Notes: generated by a model from the letters alone, not told the origin. A stretch of DNA of 64,000 nucleotides from an uncultured Nitrososphaerota archaeon (GCA_964618805.1 CAZUBM010000003.1:23742-87741); one strand, 5' to 3'; positions 37,956-48,614 are shown, counted from the stretch's first letter. Numbers and translations are program-made.

Positions 37956-38417
37956 ATGTCTTCCTGGGATTATTATAGATGGAAAATTCGGAAGGAAATG
38001 GAGAAGATGGTTAGAGAGTTTAGGAAATTATTGGAGGATTTAGATAGAGAGCTCTTCAGACCAGCTATAAGGGAAGGAGTAGAGGCTAGGGAGGGGTTTG
38101 TTTATCCAGAAGTTGAAGTTTATGAGAGAAATAATACAATAATCGTAGAGGTAGAGTTACCTGGAGTTAAAAAGGAGGATTTAGACCTTTTCGTATCGGA
38201 AAGAGAGATTGAACTTACCGCTAGGAGAAAGATCATAGAAGAAGTAACCAAGGCTGAGTACGTTACTAGAAGGAGATTTAAGAAAGGATATCATCTAAGA
38301 TTGACGTTACCATCATCAGTTGACGTAGAAAGGGCAAAAGCCAGGCTAGAAGATGGTTTGCTGAGGATAATCTTACCAAAGAAGGGTAGAAAAGGTATCA
38401 AGATAAATGTTGAGTAA
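37956..38417 (+). CDS. Small heat shock protein (Hsp20)
   Basis: PEVEVYE..VELPGVKKEDL..LP..KARLEDGLLRI.LPK. Confidence 0.88.
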   Translation: MSSWDYYRWKIRKEMEKMVREFRKLLEDLDRELFRPAIREGVEAREGFVYPEVEVYERNNTIIVEVELPGVKKEDLDLFVSEREIELTARRKIIEEVTKAEYVTRRRFKKGYHLRLTLPSSVDVERAKARLEDGLLRIILPKKGRKGIKINVE

Positions 38418-38461
38418 ATGTAATTAACATGGTTACATGCATTAATCATGAGGGAAAAGGA

Positions 38462-39013
38462 ATGGAAGAAGATCCATTTGATCGATGGATGAGAGAAATG
38501 ATGAGGTTGTTTAAGAAGGTAGAGGAAGATCTATTGAAAAGCTTAGGGGAGATGGGAACATTTGACTGGAAAGAGCTTGAGGACAAATTTCCAGAATTGG
38601 AGACGCCAAGTGGGATGAGGGTTCGAGGACCTTTCATACAGGGCTATTACTTTACAATTGGACCGGATGGAAAGCCTGTTATCAAGTACTTCGGAAACGT
38701 CCCAAGAAGTGGTGAGATAAGGGAAGTTGAGGAAGGAGAGGAGGAAAAGATTCCAATCCAAATAGAAGAAGGAGGAAGAGAGGTATTAAGAGAGCCTGTC
38801 GTAGATGTGCTAGATTTTGGAAACGAGGTCGTAGTAATAGCAGAAATGCCTGGAGTCGAAGAAAAGGACATCAAGATTAAAATAAAGGATAAGAAACTGC
38901 ACATAGAGGGAGGACACTATTCTAGAACGATTGAACTCCCAACCAAGGTAGATACATCTCTAAAGAAGTCATACAAGAACGGAATCTTAGAGATTAGGCT
39001 TAAGAAAAAGTGA
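38462..39013 (+). CDS. hsp20: Archaeal Hsp20 (long form)
   Basis: GPFIQGYYFTIGPDGKPVIKYFGNV, REPVVDV, AEMPGV, YKNGILEI. Confidence 0.9.
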   Translation: MEEDPFDRWMREMMRLFKKVEEDLLKSLGEMGTFDWKELEDKFPELETPSGMRVRGPFIQGYYFTIGPDGKPVIKYFGNVPRSGEIREVEEGEEEKIPIQIEEGGREVLREPVVDVLDFGNEVVVIAEMPGVEEKDIKIKIKDKKLHIEGGHYSRTIELPTKVDTSLKKSYKNGILEIRLKKK

Positions 39014-39019
39014 TAGGCT

Positions 39020-39790
39020 TTACATGTGGTATGGGAGGGAAGTTTCCTCTTTTGGGGTTTCTGCTTCTGCTACCTCTCTTGCAGCGCGTCTGAGCTCCTC
39101 CATTAGTTCACGCTCCCTCTCAATCATTTTATCCATTTCTGAGAAGTCAGTTCGTCCTCCTATTATTTTATCTACGATCATAAGAATGTTCTTCGATGCC
39201 CCAGGATCCGGAAAAGATCCTCCCGTTGTTCCAAGCAAACACGCGCTTCTTATTCCGTGCACATGAGCTATGCCTACTATTATCCCACAGGCTCCTGTGA
39301 CATATCCTCCCCTTAGCCTCTTAACTCCGTAAGATTCCAGTTCTTTCATTAGGTCCATGTCGTTTGTACATGCAAAAACGCCCTTTATGTTTGGTGATCC
39401 TGGAACATATCCTCCTAGAGCAAGGACTAAGTTAACGTTAAGGGACCCGACGTATTTGATGATCTTTTCAGCAACCCTATATTGACCCCAAGGTACTGGT
39501 TGTGCTTCTGAAGTCATCAGAAGCACATCTCTCTTTGAACCCTTTCTTCTAAGGTAATAGAGATCTATAGACGCTAGTTTCAGGTCTTCCTCCTCCACTC
39601 TTACACCAGCTGAGCCATCTGGAAGTGGTATCAAGTCACTTACAATCTTTGCAATTAGTGGCGGGTTATATTGATCTATCAGGTACTGAACTGCGATTTT
39701 TCCGACTAATCCCAGTCCTGGCAGCCCTTGTATGAGCACAGGGTTATCAGGTCTGACTTTCTTATGCTCTATCAGTTCAATCATGGACAA
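39020..39790 (-). CDS. PAC2-family proteasome assembly chaperone
   Basis: GLPGLGLVGKIA, AQP, LGGY, G.ITGACG, PDP. Confidence 0.85.
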   Translation of the reverse strand: MSMIELIEHKKVRPDNPVLIQGLPGLGLVGKIAVQYLIDQYNPPLIAKIVSDLIPLPDGSAGVRVEEEDLKLASIDLYYLRRKGSKRDVLLMTSEAQPVPWGQYRVAEKIIKYVGSLNVNLVLALGGYVPGSPNIKGVFACTNDMDLMKELESYGVKRLRGGYVTGACGIIVGIAHVHGIRSACLLGTTGGSFPDPGASKNILMIVDKIIGGRTDFSEMDKMIERERELMEELRRAAREVAEAETPKEETSLPYHM

Positions 39791-39857
39791 CTGCTCTCAA
39801 GCCTTCTGTTCTGAAGTAGGATTTAAAGTGTATTCCTAAAGATAGGCTGGGGTTATC

Positions 39858-41174
39858 ATGAGAGTAGTTATAATCGGTTATGGAACTGCTGGCCAAACAG
39901 CTTCAGCCATAGCGAAGAAACGAGATCCGGAACTTGAGATCGTCGCCATTGAAAGAAGACCCTATCCAGCATACCATCCCTGTTCTCTTCCGTACGCATT
40001 GAGCGGAAAGATCCCCTTAGAAGATGTTATAGTGAAGAGCAAACCACCTAATATTGAGCTGATAACAAATGCAATTGCAAAAAGGATAGATCCCTACAAG
40101 AAATTGGTAGAGTTTGAGAAGGATGGAAGCAAGGAGCTTCTCGAATACGACTTTTTGGTAATATCAACTGGTCTAAAACCTACCGTCCCACCTGTTGAGG
40201 GATTGGACTTAGAAGGTGTTTCCCTCTTTTGGACGGTTGAGGACGTTGAGCGTCTCAGAAAGAGAAGTTTAGAAAAAGTTACTATCGTTGGTGGCAGTGC
40301 AACAGGAATAGAGGTAGCTGCAGAGTTGGCTGCTTTAGGAAAAGATGTGACAATCATAGAAATGATGGAACAACTTTTGCCAGGAAAGCTGGATCCTCCC
40401 ATAGCTTCTTTAGTTGCGCAATCTTTAGCGAAGATGGGAGTAAAGATCCTACTTAAGCACCCTCTGAAAAAAGTAATCGGGGATAAAGGAGAAGTAACGC
40501 GTGTTATAGCAGGAGATAAAGAGATAGAGGTAGATACGGTGATACTATGCACTGGAGCTAAGCCTAACGTTGAATTAGCTAAGAATTCGGGCATTAAATT
40601 GGGGGAGAAGGGCGGAATTCCCGTAAACCCATGGATGAGGACGCAATATCCGAACATTTATGCCGCTGGTGACGTGGCAGAAGTGAAGGATTATGTTACT
40701 GGTGGCTCTATAATCACCGGCCTAGCATCAACTGCCCTCGTTCAAGGCAGGATTGCAGGCATCAACATTGCAGGAGGAGATGTAAGGTATGAAGGGGCTT
40801 TGTGCCCATTTATAGTTCATTTAGGTGAGTATGAAGTCGGATGCACCGGTCTCACATCGAGTAGAGCCGAAAATGAAGGGATAAAACACATATTTGGGAG
40901 GTTTAGAGGACCTGACATGGCTAAAGAAGTACCATGGAGTGGCTCCATCGTAACCTGGCTTGTTATGGATCAACAAGGCAAATTGTTGGGGGCTCAATTC
41001 TTCGGGAAAAGAGGGATTTGGGGCAGAGTAATCTTCTGTACGCTTGCTATAATGAAAGGGCTTCGCCTCGACGAACTTGAAAGGATTGAGTTTGGATACC
41101 ATCCCCTGGTCAGTCCAGTCGTAGAACCCATAGCTGTTCTTGCAGAAGCATTAAGGAGGAAATATAGGATTTGA
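39858..41174 (+). CDS. CoA-disulfide reductase/NADH oxidase family flavoprotein
   Basis: IIGYGTAG, redox Cys in YHPCSLPY, VGGSATGIE, IYAAGD, YHP. Confidence 0.85.
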   Translation: MRVVIIGYGTAGQTASAIAKKRDPELEIVAIERRPYPAYHPCSLPYALSGKIPLEDVIVKSKPPNIELITNAIAKRIDPYKKLVEFEKDGSKELLEYDFLVISTGLKPTVPPVEGLDLEGVSLFWTVEDVERLRKRSLEKVTIVGGSATGIEVAAELAALGKDVTIIEMMEQLLPGKLDPPIASLVAQSLAKMGVKILLKHPLKKVIGDKGEVTRVIAGDKEIEVDTVILCTGAKPNVELAKNSGIKLGEKGGIPVNPWMRTQYPNIYAAGDVAEVKDYVTGGSIITGLASTALVQGRIAGINIAGGDVRYEGALCPFIVHLGEYEVGCTGLTSSRAENEGIKHIFGRFRGPDMAKEVPWSGSIVTWLVMDQQGKLLGAQFFGKRGIWGRVIFCTLAIMKGLRLDELERIEFGYHPLVSPVVEPIAVLAEALRRKYRI

Positions 41175-41181
41175 TAGGGAT

Positions 41182-42240
41182 CTAGCGAAGGCAAGCGAGT
41201 TCCTCTAGACAAGTCTTTATTGGTTCAAGAGGACTTTCTAGCTCATCTAGAAGGGATTTTGTATTAATTCGATGGCTTTCAGGGTCCCTTAGAATCTCAG
41301 AGATGAGCGGAAGGGCCTCTTTGCAGCTTCTAAACCTGTAAATTGGAAATCCCTTTCTCATCAAATAATCGTTCACATAGAGCGGGTAGTCTAAAGGAAA
41401 GACGGAGATTGAAGGGACGCCTAGCATTGAGCCCTCTCTTGCCATAGTTCCTCCTCCTGTGATTATGAGCGCTGAATAGGAGTATAGGCTAAGGGTATTT
41501 AGAGCACTTTTCGGAATTATCACGCCCTTAGTTCCCTCAGCTAACTTACGCTGATTTGGATATCTAGGGAACAAGACCACCTTGGCTCCTTTGCTTACAA
41601 TAAACTTCATTAACTCGACGAAGTTCTCTCCGGATAAACCTGATAAGTAGGCTGCCTTCTCTTCCGGAGGTCTTACCACTACGAAGAGTTCTCCCTCCTT
41701 AAGTCCTATGTCTCTTAGGACTTGTGTCTTAAGTTCATGAGATCTTACCCAAGCCACCTCATCTACTCCATCATACTGAAATATCTTACTTTCTTCAGCA
41801 CCAAGCCTAATTAACTCCCTTCTAGGCACCGCTAGAGGAGAGATTACTTTTGTGGAGAGCGGTAGCGTTAGCCTGCCTACATGATAGGCATGAGGAGTAT
41901 CGTTTAACGTGATGGATGGTATGCCTAAACCAAATGCAACTCTGACAGCTGAGGGAGATGATAAAGAGATCAAAGCACAAATCTCTCTATTATATATCTC
42001 ACTTACTAACTTCTGGGCTCTAGTTGCATATGCAATAAGTTTCTCAATCTTATTGGCTCCCCCATATTCGCCTACGGGTTTATAAGGTACTCCTTCCAAT
42101 TCAAGTATTTGAAGAGTTTCCGCATACTCCCTTGCGGTCACAATAAACTCCAAACCCTCCTTTTTCAGTTCTTTATAAATAGAGGAGCACAGCCTTGCTT
42201 GTTTAGGAGTGAGTGTGTCTAACCAGACAGAACTTTTCAA
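41182..42240 (-). CDS. DUF354 family (GT-B-like) protein
   Basis: WLDTLTPKQ, RVAFGLG, NDTPH, GGGTMARE. Confidence 0.85.
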   Translation of the reverse strand: MKSSVWLDTLTPKQARLCSSIYKELKKEGLEFIVTAREYAETLQILELEGVPYKPVGEYGGANKIEKLIAYATRAQKLVSEIYNREICALISLSSPSAVRVAFGLGIPSITLNDTPHAYHVGRLTLPLSTKVISPLAVPRRELIRLGAEESKIFQYDGVDEVAWVRSHELKTQVLRDIGLKEGELFVVVRPPEEKAAYLSGLSGENFVELMKFIVSKGAKVVLFPRYPNQRKLAEGTKGVIIPKSALNTLSLYSYSALIITGGGTMAREGSMLGVPSISVFPLDYPLYVNDYLMRKGFPIYRFRSCKEALPLISEILRDPESHRINTKSLLDELESPLEPIKTCLEELACLR

Positions 42241-42563
42241 ATGCTCTCCCCAAACAACTTAGAGTACGTCTCTTTCAGGAACTCCTTTGCCTGTTCCATC
42301 AGCTTTCTGCCTTCCTCTGTTATCTCATAATACTTTCTTACCTTGCCAGTCTCCGCCATCTGCTCTGTCATCCTCACCAGACCTTTTGCTTCTAAACTTT
42401 TCAGTACTATGTAACCAGTTATCCTAGCAGGTCTCCAGCCAAATCTTCTCTCTACTTCCGATGGTATAGTATAGGCATACTGAGGTCCTTCCATCAATAG
42501 TGATAGGATGTAGATCCACAAGTTCTCCTTTGTTAATTTTCGACGTAACCTATCCAGAGGCAT
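42237..42563 (-). CDS. PadR family regulator
   Basis: ENLWIYILSLL..YAY..RKYYEITEEG. Confidence 0.88.
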   Translation of the reverse strand: MPLDRLRRKLTKENLWIYILSLLMEGPQYAYTIPSEVERRFGWRPARITGYIVLKSLEAKGLVRMTEQMAETGKVRKYYEITEEGRKLMEQAKEFLKETYSKLFGESI

Positions 42564-42567
42564 AAAA

Positions 42568-43320
42568 TCACCCCAAATAATTCATAGATTCGTTCTTTGT
42601 CTTCTCCTTACTAGGGCTTAAGTTCTCTTTTGGGCGAAGTCTGCTTTCAAACTCCCGGACCCTTCTCCCCATTTCTTCCATATCTATACCCAATTTCATG
42701 ATAGAATTAAGTTTATTCAAGATATTCTGGGCTGGTTTCGGGTCTGGAAGGTAATCAGCAGCCACTCCTGAGATAAACACGTATCTAATTCCTCTTAGTC
42801 TTGCTATTGTTAAATTAGCTCCAGCAAGGCCTATAACTGATCTTATCGTTTCATTCCTTATTGAACCCAATTCTTCAAGCCTTTTGGTCCATTCTTCATC
42901 TCCAAAAATTATTACAGAATTGTAAAGTGATCTATCAATGAACCCAGCTATTATAAAAACGACTTCCACACCCTTATCCTTCAAATAGTCGAAGAGAAGG
43001 GATGAGACCTCTAACTGCCCCCATGGGACTGGTTGAACCGGAGAAGTAACTAAGAAAAGTCTGTTAGGTCCTTTGTCAGCTAGCCTAATTTCGATAGCTG
43101 GCAGCTTAAAGGTCCCATCCCTGTTTATTATTATCCCAGCCACATTGCTTGACAACATGAGATATTCTGAGTATATCTTAGCAACAAGTTTTGCGTCTAG
43201 CTTATCCGCTAGGTAAGATACAACTTGAATCCCAATGTTTCCCATTCCTGGATAACCAGCTACAGCTATAGGCACCGGCTTCTTCACATCGATAAGTTCA
43301 ACTAGTTTGTTCCATCCCAT
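42568..43320 (-). CDS. Second PAC2-family proteasome assembly chaperone
   Basis: GYPGMGNIG, QPVPWGQ, IGLAG, PDP, C-terminal YLG. Confidence 0.8.
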   Translation of the reverse strand: MGWNKLVELIDVKKPVPIAVAGYPGMGNIGIQVVSYLADKLDAKLVAKIYSEYLMLSSNVAGIIINRDGTFKLPAIEIRLADKGPNRLFLVTSPVQPVPWGQLEVSSLLFDYLKDKGVEVVFIIAGFIDRSLYNSVIIFGDEEWTKRLEELGSIRNETIRSVIGLAGANLTIARLRGIRYVFISGVAADYLPDPKPAQNILNKLNSIMKLGIDMEEMGRRVREFESRLRPKENLSPSKEKTKNESMNYLG

Positions 43321-43386
43321 GTTACTTCAACACTCAAGATTTACGACATCCTAATTATTAAGATGCTGCCAAATAAGACGACCCTT

Positions 43387-44703
43387 ATGCAAAGAAAAAT
43401 CATGTTCATAATATTGGACGGATTAGGGGATAGGCCATGCAAGGAGTTTAATGGACTAACACCTCTTCAAAAGGCAGACCTACCTAGTTTTGATCTTCTA
43501 GCTGCAAAGGGCATGATCGGAAGGCATTACCCGTTGGGTCCTGGAATACCTCCTGGAAGCGACACTGCCCAGCTTTCAATGTTAGGGTATGATATCAGAA
43601 CAGAATATCCTGGAAGAGGATATTTTGAGGCATTAGGCTGGGGATTGAAAGTAGAAAATGGAGATGTCGTTTTTAGAGCAAACTTTGGAACTGTTGAGAG
43701 GGAAGGCAAAAATTTAATCGTGAAAGACAGGAGGGCCGGGCGAATATCTGGAAAAGATGCTGAATCCGTCGCTTCAGCTGTAGCAGAGATGGACTTATTG
43801 AATGGAGAAGTAAAGGCCTTCCTTAGGCATACGTTAGAACACAGAGGGATTTTGATCCTGAAAGGGTTGGATCTTAAGCCTGAGGTAACTGATGTAGATC
43901 CTCATGAGGTAGGATATCCTGTCTTAGAACCACAACCCTTAACTCCATCTCCCAGCGCCAAAAAAACTGCCCTTGCCCTCAAAGAGTTCGTTCTAAAATC
44001 ATATAAGATCCTTAAGGATCTAGAAGTTAACATAGAAAGGGAGAGATCTGGCCTATTGCCTGCTAACATAGTCCTCCCAAGAGGTGCTGCCTCCAAGTTA
44101 CTTATACCTAGCTTTAAGGAAAAATGGGGGCTCGAGTCAGCAGCCATAGCGGTTGGACCTCTTTACAGGGGTATTGCAAAAAGCATGGGGATGAGGCTAC
44201 TAGAAGTAGAGGGAGCAACTGGTATGCCAAATTCCAATTTCAGAGGGAAAATTGAAGTAGGGTTAAGTGCATTAGATTCTGGCTTTGACTTTGTATTTGT
44301 CCATATAAAGGCCACAGATGTAGCATCTCACATGAAAGACCCAAAACTCAAAGTAGAGATCCTTGAAAGGATAGATGGTGCATTAGAACCCATACTGGAC
44401 TTACCTGAGGATTATTTACTACTACTAACTGGTGATCATTCGACCCCATGTTCTTTAGGAAAGCATTCAGGAGATCCTGTTCCCCTAATGATATCTGGTA
44501 AGGACATTCCTAGGGATGATGCTGGAAGGTTTGATGAGCTCAGGTGTATCAAAGGAGGTCTGGGTACAGTTTTAGGAAGGGATATAATGAGACTGGTCCT
44601 TAACTATTCAAATAGGGCCTTAGAATATGGTTTAAAGCCTAAACCGGAAGAAATTCCATATATACCTAGACTAAGTCAACTTGTTCCACTTTCCATCAGT
44701 TAA
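43387..44703 (+). CDS. apgM: 2,3-BPG-independent phosphoglycerate mutase
   Basis: LDGLGDRP, PGSDTA, GRGYFEA, DRRAGRI, HIKATDVASH, TGDHSTP, HSGDPVP. Confidence 0.93.
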   Translation: MQRKIMFIILDGLGDRPCKEFNGLTPLQKADLPSFDLLAAKGMIGRHYPLGPGIPPGSDTAQLSMLGYDIRTEYPGRGYFEALGWGLKVENGDVVFRANFGTVEREGKNLIVKDRRAGRISGKDAESVASAVAEMDLLNGEVKAFLRHTLEHRGILILKGLDLKPEVTDVDPHEVGYPVLEPQPLTPSPSAKKTALALKEFVLKSYKILKDLEVNIERERSGLLPANIVLPRGAASKLLIPSFKEKWGLESAAIAVGPLYRGIAKSMGMRLLEVEGATGMPNSNFRGKIEVGLSALDSGFDFVFVHIKATDVASHMKDPKLKVEILERIDGALEPILDLPEDYLLLLTGDHSTPCSLGKHSGDPVPLMISGKDIPRDDAGRFDELRCIKGGLGTVLGRDIMRLVLNYSNRALEYGLKPKPEEIPYIPRLSQLVPLSIS

Positions 44704-45643
44704 CTGTAGGAACCATCACAGCCTCCAACTCCTGCTTGAATTGACAAACTTTGCACAGCTCTTGTGTTGTTGGTTCTCCACACTGCTTGCAATATTTTAG
44801 TTCGAAATTGGATGTAAGTTCAGGAATAGCTTGTTTAACGAGTTTCTCAATGAAATTAAATGCTCTTTCCTTAAAGCCTGGATTTTCCTGCTCAAATCGA
44901 TCCAGCATTCTCCTTACCCGAACTCTCATTCCCGATACCAATGGACATTTGCCAAAGTGAGCCGGAATTCCAAGCAACAAAGCCTGAACAGTCGCTTCTT
45001 TTTCCGGAACTCTAATTAACGGCCTTATTCTTGGGATTAACTTTCTTGTAGATGGTGTCTTAGAAAAAAGACGCGCCATCGCGCTCATATCCCCTCTTAT
45101 CAAGTTCATGAAGAGCGTCTGTACCATGTCATCTAAGTTATGTCCTGTTGCGACTTTCGTAGCTCCCTCCTCCCTGGCAGCTATGTTCAGAGCTTGTCTC
45201 CTGAAGACCCCGCAATAAGTGCATAGATCTCTTTTTATCTTTCCTTTTGAAAGGAGAATCTGAACTTGAGGGATGGAAAAGGCAAATATATCGCTCATCT
45301 TTACGATTTTATGCTTAATTCTCAGGCGAGACGTTAATTCCTTTGCCTTTGATATGGATTCCGCTCTGTAACATGTTCCCTCATCTATCGTTACAGCTAT
45401 TATCTCGAAATCCTTGTTAAATTCATTCTTATACTTCCATAGGTAATATAGTGTAAGTGAGCTGTCTTTTCCTCCAGAAAGAGCACTTACTATGACATCA
45501 CCGTCTTGAATTCCCTTATCCAGAACCGGTTTCACTCTTCTCCAAATTCTGGCAGATAAGCACTCATCACATATGCTCTCATTCAAACTCTCAATTCTTA
45601 TCACTGCCTCCCTTTTGCCACACCGATCACAGGGTCTTCTCAA
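44696..45643 (-). CDS. ttuA: tRNA 2-thiolation enzyme TtuA/NcsA
   Basis: CxxC zinc fingers, SGGKDS PP-loop, CTYCGVFRR, ATGHNLDD, CP. Confidence 0.88.
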   Translation of the reverse strand: MRRPCDRCGKREAVIRIESLNESICDECLSARIWRRVKPVLDKGIQDGDVIVSALSGGKDSSLTLYYLWKYKNEFNKDFEIIAVTIDEGTCYRAESISKAKELTSRLRIKHKIVKMSDIFAFSIPQVQILLSKGKIKRDLCTYCGVFRRQALNIAAREEGATKVATGHNLDDMVQTLFMNLIRGDMSAMARLFSKTPSTRKLIPRIRPLIRVPEKEATVQALLLGIPAHFGKCPLVSGMRVRVRRMLDRFEQENPGFKERAFNFIEKLVKQAIPELTSNFELKYCKQCGEPTTQELCKVCQFKQELEAVMVPTVN

Positions 45644-45891
45644 CGTTTAACGCCGCCCATTTCCTTGTGAACTGTGAACATGAGAAACTCTACCACATCT
45701 CCATCTTTTAAAGGATAGTCCTCAGGTACTGGTCTTCCATTCACTAGAGCTATATGAGTTAGGGGCGAAATTCCCATATCTCTCATCAGATCTGATACCT
45801 GCATGCCACTATAGATCTCTATTCTTCTTCCGTTAGCTTCTATCCAACCATCTGGTGTCAGTGATCTTTCACCCGCCCGTCTAAGCGTCAA
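45640..45891 (-). CDS. ThiS/MoaD ubiquitin-like sulfur carrier (TtuB-like) with GG followed by VKR
   Basis: VSDLMRDMGI..VNGRPVPEDYPLKDGDVVE..GGVKR; overlaps ttuA start. Confidence 0.75.
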   Translation of the reverse strand: MTLRRAGERSLTPDGWIEANGRRIEIYSGMQVSDLMRDMGISPLTHIALVNGRPVPEDYPLKDGDVVEFLMFTVHKEMGGVKR

Positions 45892-46837
45892 CTATACCCC
45901 TATCAGTTATCATTATCTCTACGGATCCCTCGGGTAGATAAGGGCTCTTTGTTAGTTTTATGACCCTCCTGCCCTCCTTTCCTCTCCTGATATAAAGCCT
46001 AGTTGTGACTCCATGGCCAATTACATGCCCTCCAGTTGGCCTAGTTGGATCTCCAAAGAATGTACTTGGATCTGCCATCACCTGATTGGTCACGAGGACG
46101 GCAAGATTGTAACCGGTAGCATATTTCAGCAGCATGTGAATGTACTTATTCAGCTTTTGTTGTCTCTCTGCGAGAGTCTCTCTTCCAGTGTACTCGCCCC
46201 TAAAATGACTTATCAAAGAGTCAACCACTATTAAGCCTATGTTCTCTCTCTTCAACATCTTCTCTGCTTTCGCTGTGACCAAGATTTGGTGATCGCTGGT
46301 GTAGGCCCTTGCATAAAGTATGCGCTTTAACACTTCGCTTGGATCTAGGCCAAATGCTTCAGCTATTTGCATCACCCTCTCTGGTCTAAAGGTTCCCTCC
46401 GTATCTATGAAGAGACAGCCCCTTTCTATTCCTCCCTTCTCGACCGGAAGTTGAACAGTAACGGCAAGCTGGTGGGCAAGCTGAGTCTTACCTGAGCCAT
46501 AGGGGCCATATATTTCAGTAATTGCCTGTGTTTCGACTCCTCCCCCGAGCAGGTCATCTAGATTCTTAGATCCCGTAGTTATCCTCAATGTTTCTTTTTT
46601 CTTTAAGTAATAGTCGTAAGCAGTCGTTACTTCGATGTTCAACTTTTGCCGTGCAGAGTTTATCACTTTTTTAGCGGTTGATTCGGTTAGCCCGGCATTA
46701 ACCACGAGTTCTGCGGGTGTGCTTAAAGCTATGGATTCTAATGTGACGTAACCTGCTTCGATGAGCTTCTTAGCTGTTACATTCCCTACACCAGGAAGCC
46801 CCTTCAGAACTTGCACAAAATCTTCTTCCTCAGACAT
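45881..46837 (-). CDS. radA: DNA repair and recombination protein RadA
   Basis: N-terminal HhH LPGVG, GPYGSGKTQ, IDTEGTFRPER, LAERQQKL, TNQV; no intein. Confidence 0.97.
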   Translation of the reverse strand: MSEEEDFVQVLKGLPGVGNVTAKKLIEAGYVTLESIALSTPAELVVNAGLTESTAKKVINSARQKLNIEVTTAYDYYLKKKETLRITTGSKNLDDLLGGGVETQAITEIYGPYGSGKTQLAHQLAVTVQLPVEKGGIERGCLFIDTEGTFRPERVMQIAEAFGLDPSEVLKRILYARAYTSDHQILVTAKAEKMLKRENIGLIVVDSLISHFRGEYTGRETLAERQQKLNKYIHMLLKYATGYNLAVLVTNQVMADPSTFFGDPTRPTGGHVIGHGVTTRLYIRRGKEGRRVIKLTKSPYLPEGSVEIMITDRGIVDA

Positions 46838-46916
46838 TTTAATCACAATACTCCCTTCTTGAATACCGGATGTGTGAAGCAATACTTAATCGTAACGCAA
46901 GGCGGATGATAAGAAA

Positions 46917-47558
46917 ATGGGGCTTATCGAGCTAGTAAAAAAGGTTAAGCATCTTAGAAGTGATATCACGGTAAGAAGGCAGGTGGAAGAAAGGCTAAGA
47001 GAGTTTGAACTCATTAGCAAGTCTGATAGGCAAGTTTGGCTGAGAGAAATGGCTTTTTGCCTCCTAGCGGCGAATTTTTCTGCTATAAAGGCATACAAAA
47101 TGGCCCTTGAGTTGGAAAGGTTTGGTTTACTGATCAAGGGGAATAAACAAGAAATTATCTCTTATTTGAGATCTATGGGGCATAGGTTCTATAACACGAG
47201 AGCCAATTTCATAGTTGAAGCTAGAAAAGAACTTAACAAAGTCTACACTGTTATACCAAAACTTAATGACTTTGAGGCCAGGGAATGGTTAAGAAACAGG
47301 ATAAAGGGTTTTGGAATGAAGGAATCAAGCCATTTCTTAAGAAATGTCGGGAGGAAGAATCTTGCAATCATAGACAGACACATACTAAGAGTGATGAAGA
47401 GATACGGGATTATTTCGGAGGTACCTAAAACATTGACGAAGAGAAGATATGTCTCTTTAGAAGAGAAGCTGAGAGAAGTCGCTAGATTATGCGATACGAA
47501 TTTGGCTGAGTTAGACTTGTACCTTTGGTATTCAGAAAAAGGCATCGTGTTCAGATAG
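46917..47558 (+). CDS. ogg: 8-oxoguanine DNA glycosylase/AP lyase
   Basis: EMAFCLLAAN, RFYNTRA, KGFGMKESSHFLRNVG, IIDRHI, LDLYLW. Confidence 0.92.
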   Translation: MGLIELVKKVKHLRSDITVRRQVEERLREFELISKSDRQVWLREMAFCLLAANFSAIKAYKMALELERFGLLIKGNKQEIISYLRSMGHRFYNTRANFIVEARKELNKVYTVIPKLNDFEAREWLRNRIKGFGMKESSHFLRNVGRKNLAIIDRHILRVMKRYGIISEVPKTLTKRRYVSLEEKLREVARLCDTNLAELDLYLWYSEKGIVFR

Positions 47559-47618
47559 TACTTCCTTATCAAGGTCATTACTTTTTAGGAAATCTTCCAT
47601 CAATGTGATGGGATAGGT

Positions 47619-48614
47619 ATGAAGCCTAAGCTTTTTATGACTAGAAAAATCCCAGAAAGGGGGCTTAATAAGATAATAGAGCATTTTGAAGTTGATCTCT
47701 GGCCTGAAGAAGCTCCGCCCCCAAAAGAAGTTATCATGGAGAGGATTAAGGATGTTAATGCCTTGGTACCCTTGCTCACAGATCCTATAGACGCGGAGGT
47801 TATTGATGCAGCTCCAAAACTCAGGATAATATCACAATATGCTGTGGGCTACGATAATATAGACGTTAAAGCCGCAACAGAAAGGGGAATCTATGTTACG
47901 AACACACCTGGAGTGTTAACAGAAACCGTAGCTGATTTCGCAATGGCTTTAATGATGGCCATCGCCAGGAGGGTAGTTGAAGCCGATAAGTACATTAGAG
48001 AGGGTAAGTGGAAGGTCGGCTGGCACCCGCTCTACTTCTTAGGGAGCGATCTGTATGGAGCTACTCTAGGCATCATAGGTTTGGGCAGGATAGGTTCTGC
48101 TGTTGCTCGTAGAGCAAAAGGTTTCAACATGAGGATCTTATACTACGATGTCATCAGGAGGGAGGATTTAGAAAAGGAGCTGGGAGTAAAATACGTTGAC
48201 TTGGACACTCTGCTAAAGGAATCTGATTTCGTGACTCTTCACGTTCCTCTCATCCCAGAGACGAAGGATATGATAGGAGAGAGGGAGTTAAAGCTTATGA
48301 AGCCAACTGCTTACCTCATAAATACCTCTAGAGGAAAGGTCGTAGATGAAAAGGCGTTGATAAGGGCTCTGAAAGAAGGTTGGATAGCTGGAGCTGCTCT
48401 TGACGTCTTTTACCAGGAGCCAACACCTCCAGATAACCCGCTTCTTGAATTAGATAACGTAGTAGTTACGCCTCACATAGCCAGTGCAAGCTTAGAGACA
48501 AGATCCAGGATGGCAGAGATAGTAGCAGAGAATTTAATAGCATTTAAGGAGGGAAAGAAACCACCAACTCTTGTGAATCCTGACGTGATGAAAGTTAGAC
48601 CTCCAGGATTTTAG
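47619..48614 (+). CDS. gyaR: Glyoxylate reductase
   Basis: [40 protein letters not shown]. Confidence 0.9.
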   Translation: MKPKLFMTRKIPERGLNKIIEHFEVDLWPEEAPPPKEVIMERIKDVNALVPLLTDPIDAEVIDAAPKLRIISQYAVGYDNIDVKAATERGIYVTNTPGVLTETVADFAMALMMAIARRVVEADKYIREGKWKVGWHPLYFLGSDLYGATLGIIGLGRIGSAVARRAKGFNMRILYYDVIRREDLEKELGVKYVDLDTLLKESDFVTLHVPLIPETKDMIGERELKLMKPTAYLINTSRGKVVDEKALIRALKEGWIAGAALDVFYQEPTPPDNPLLELDNVVVTPHIASASLETRSRMAEIVAENLIAFKEGKKPPTLVNPDVMKVRPPGF

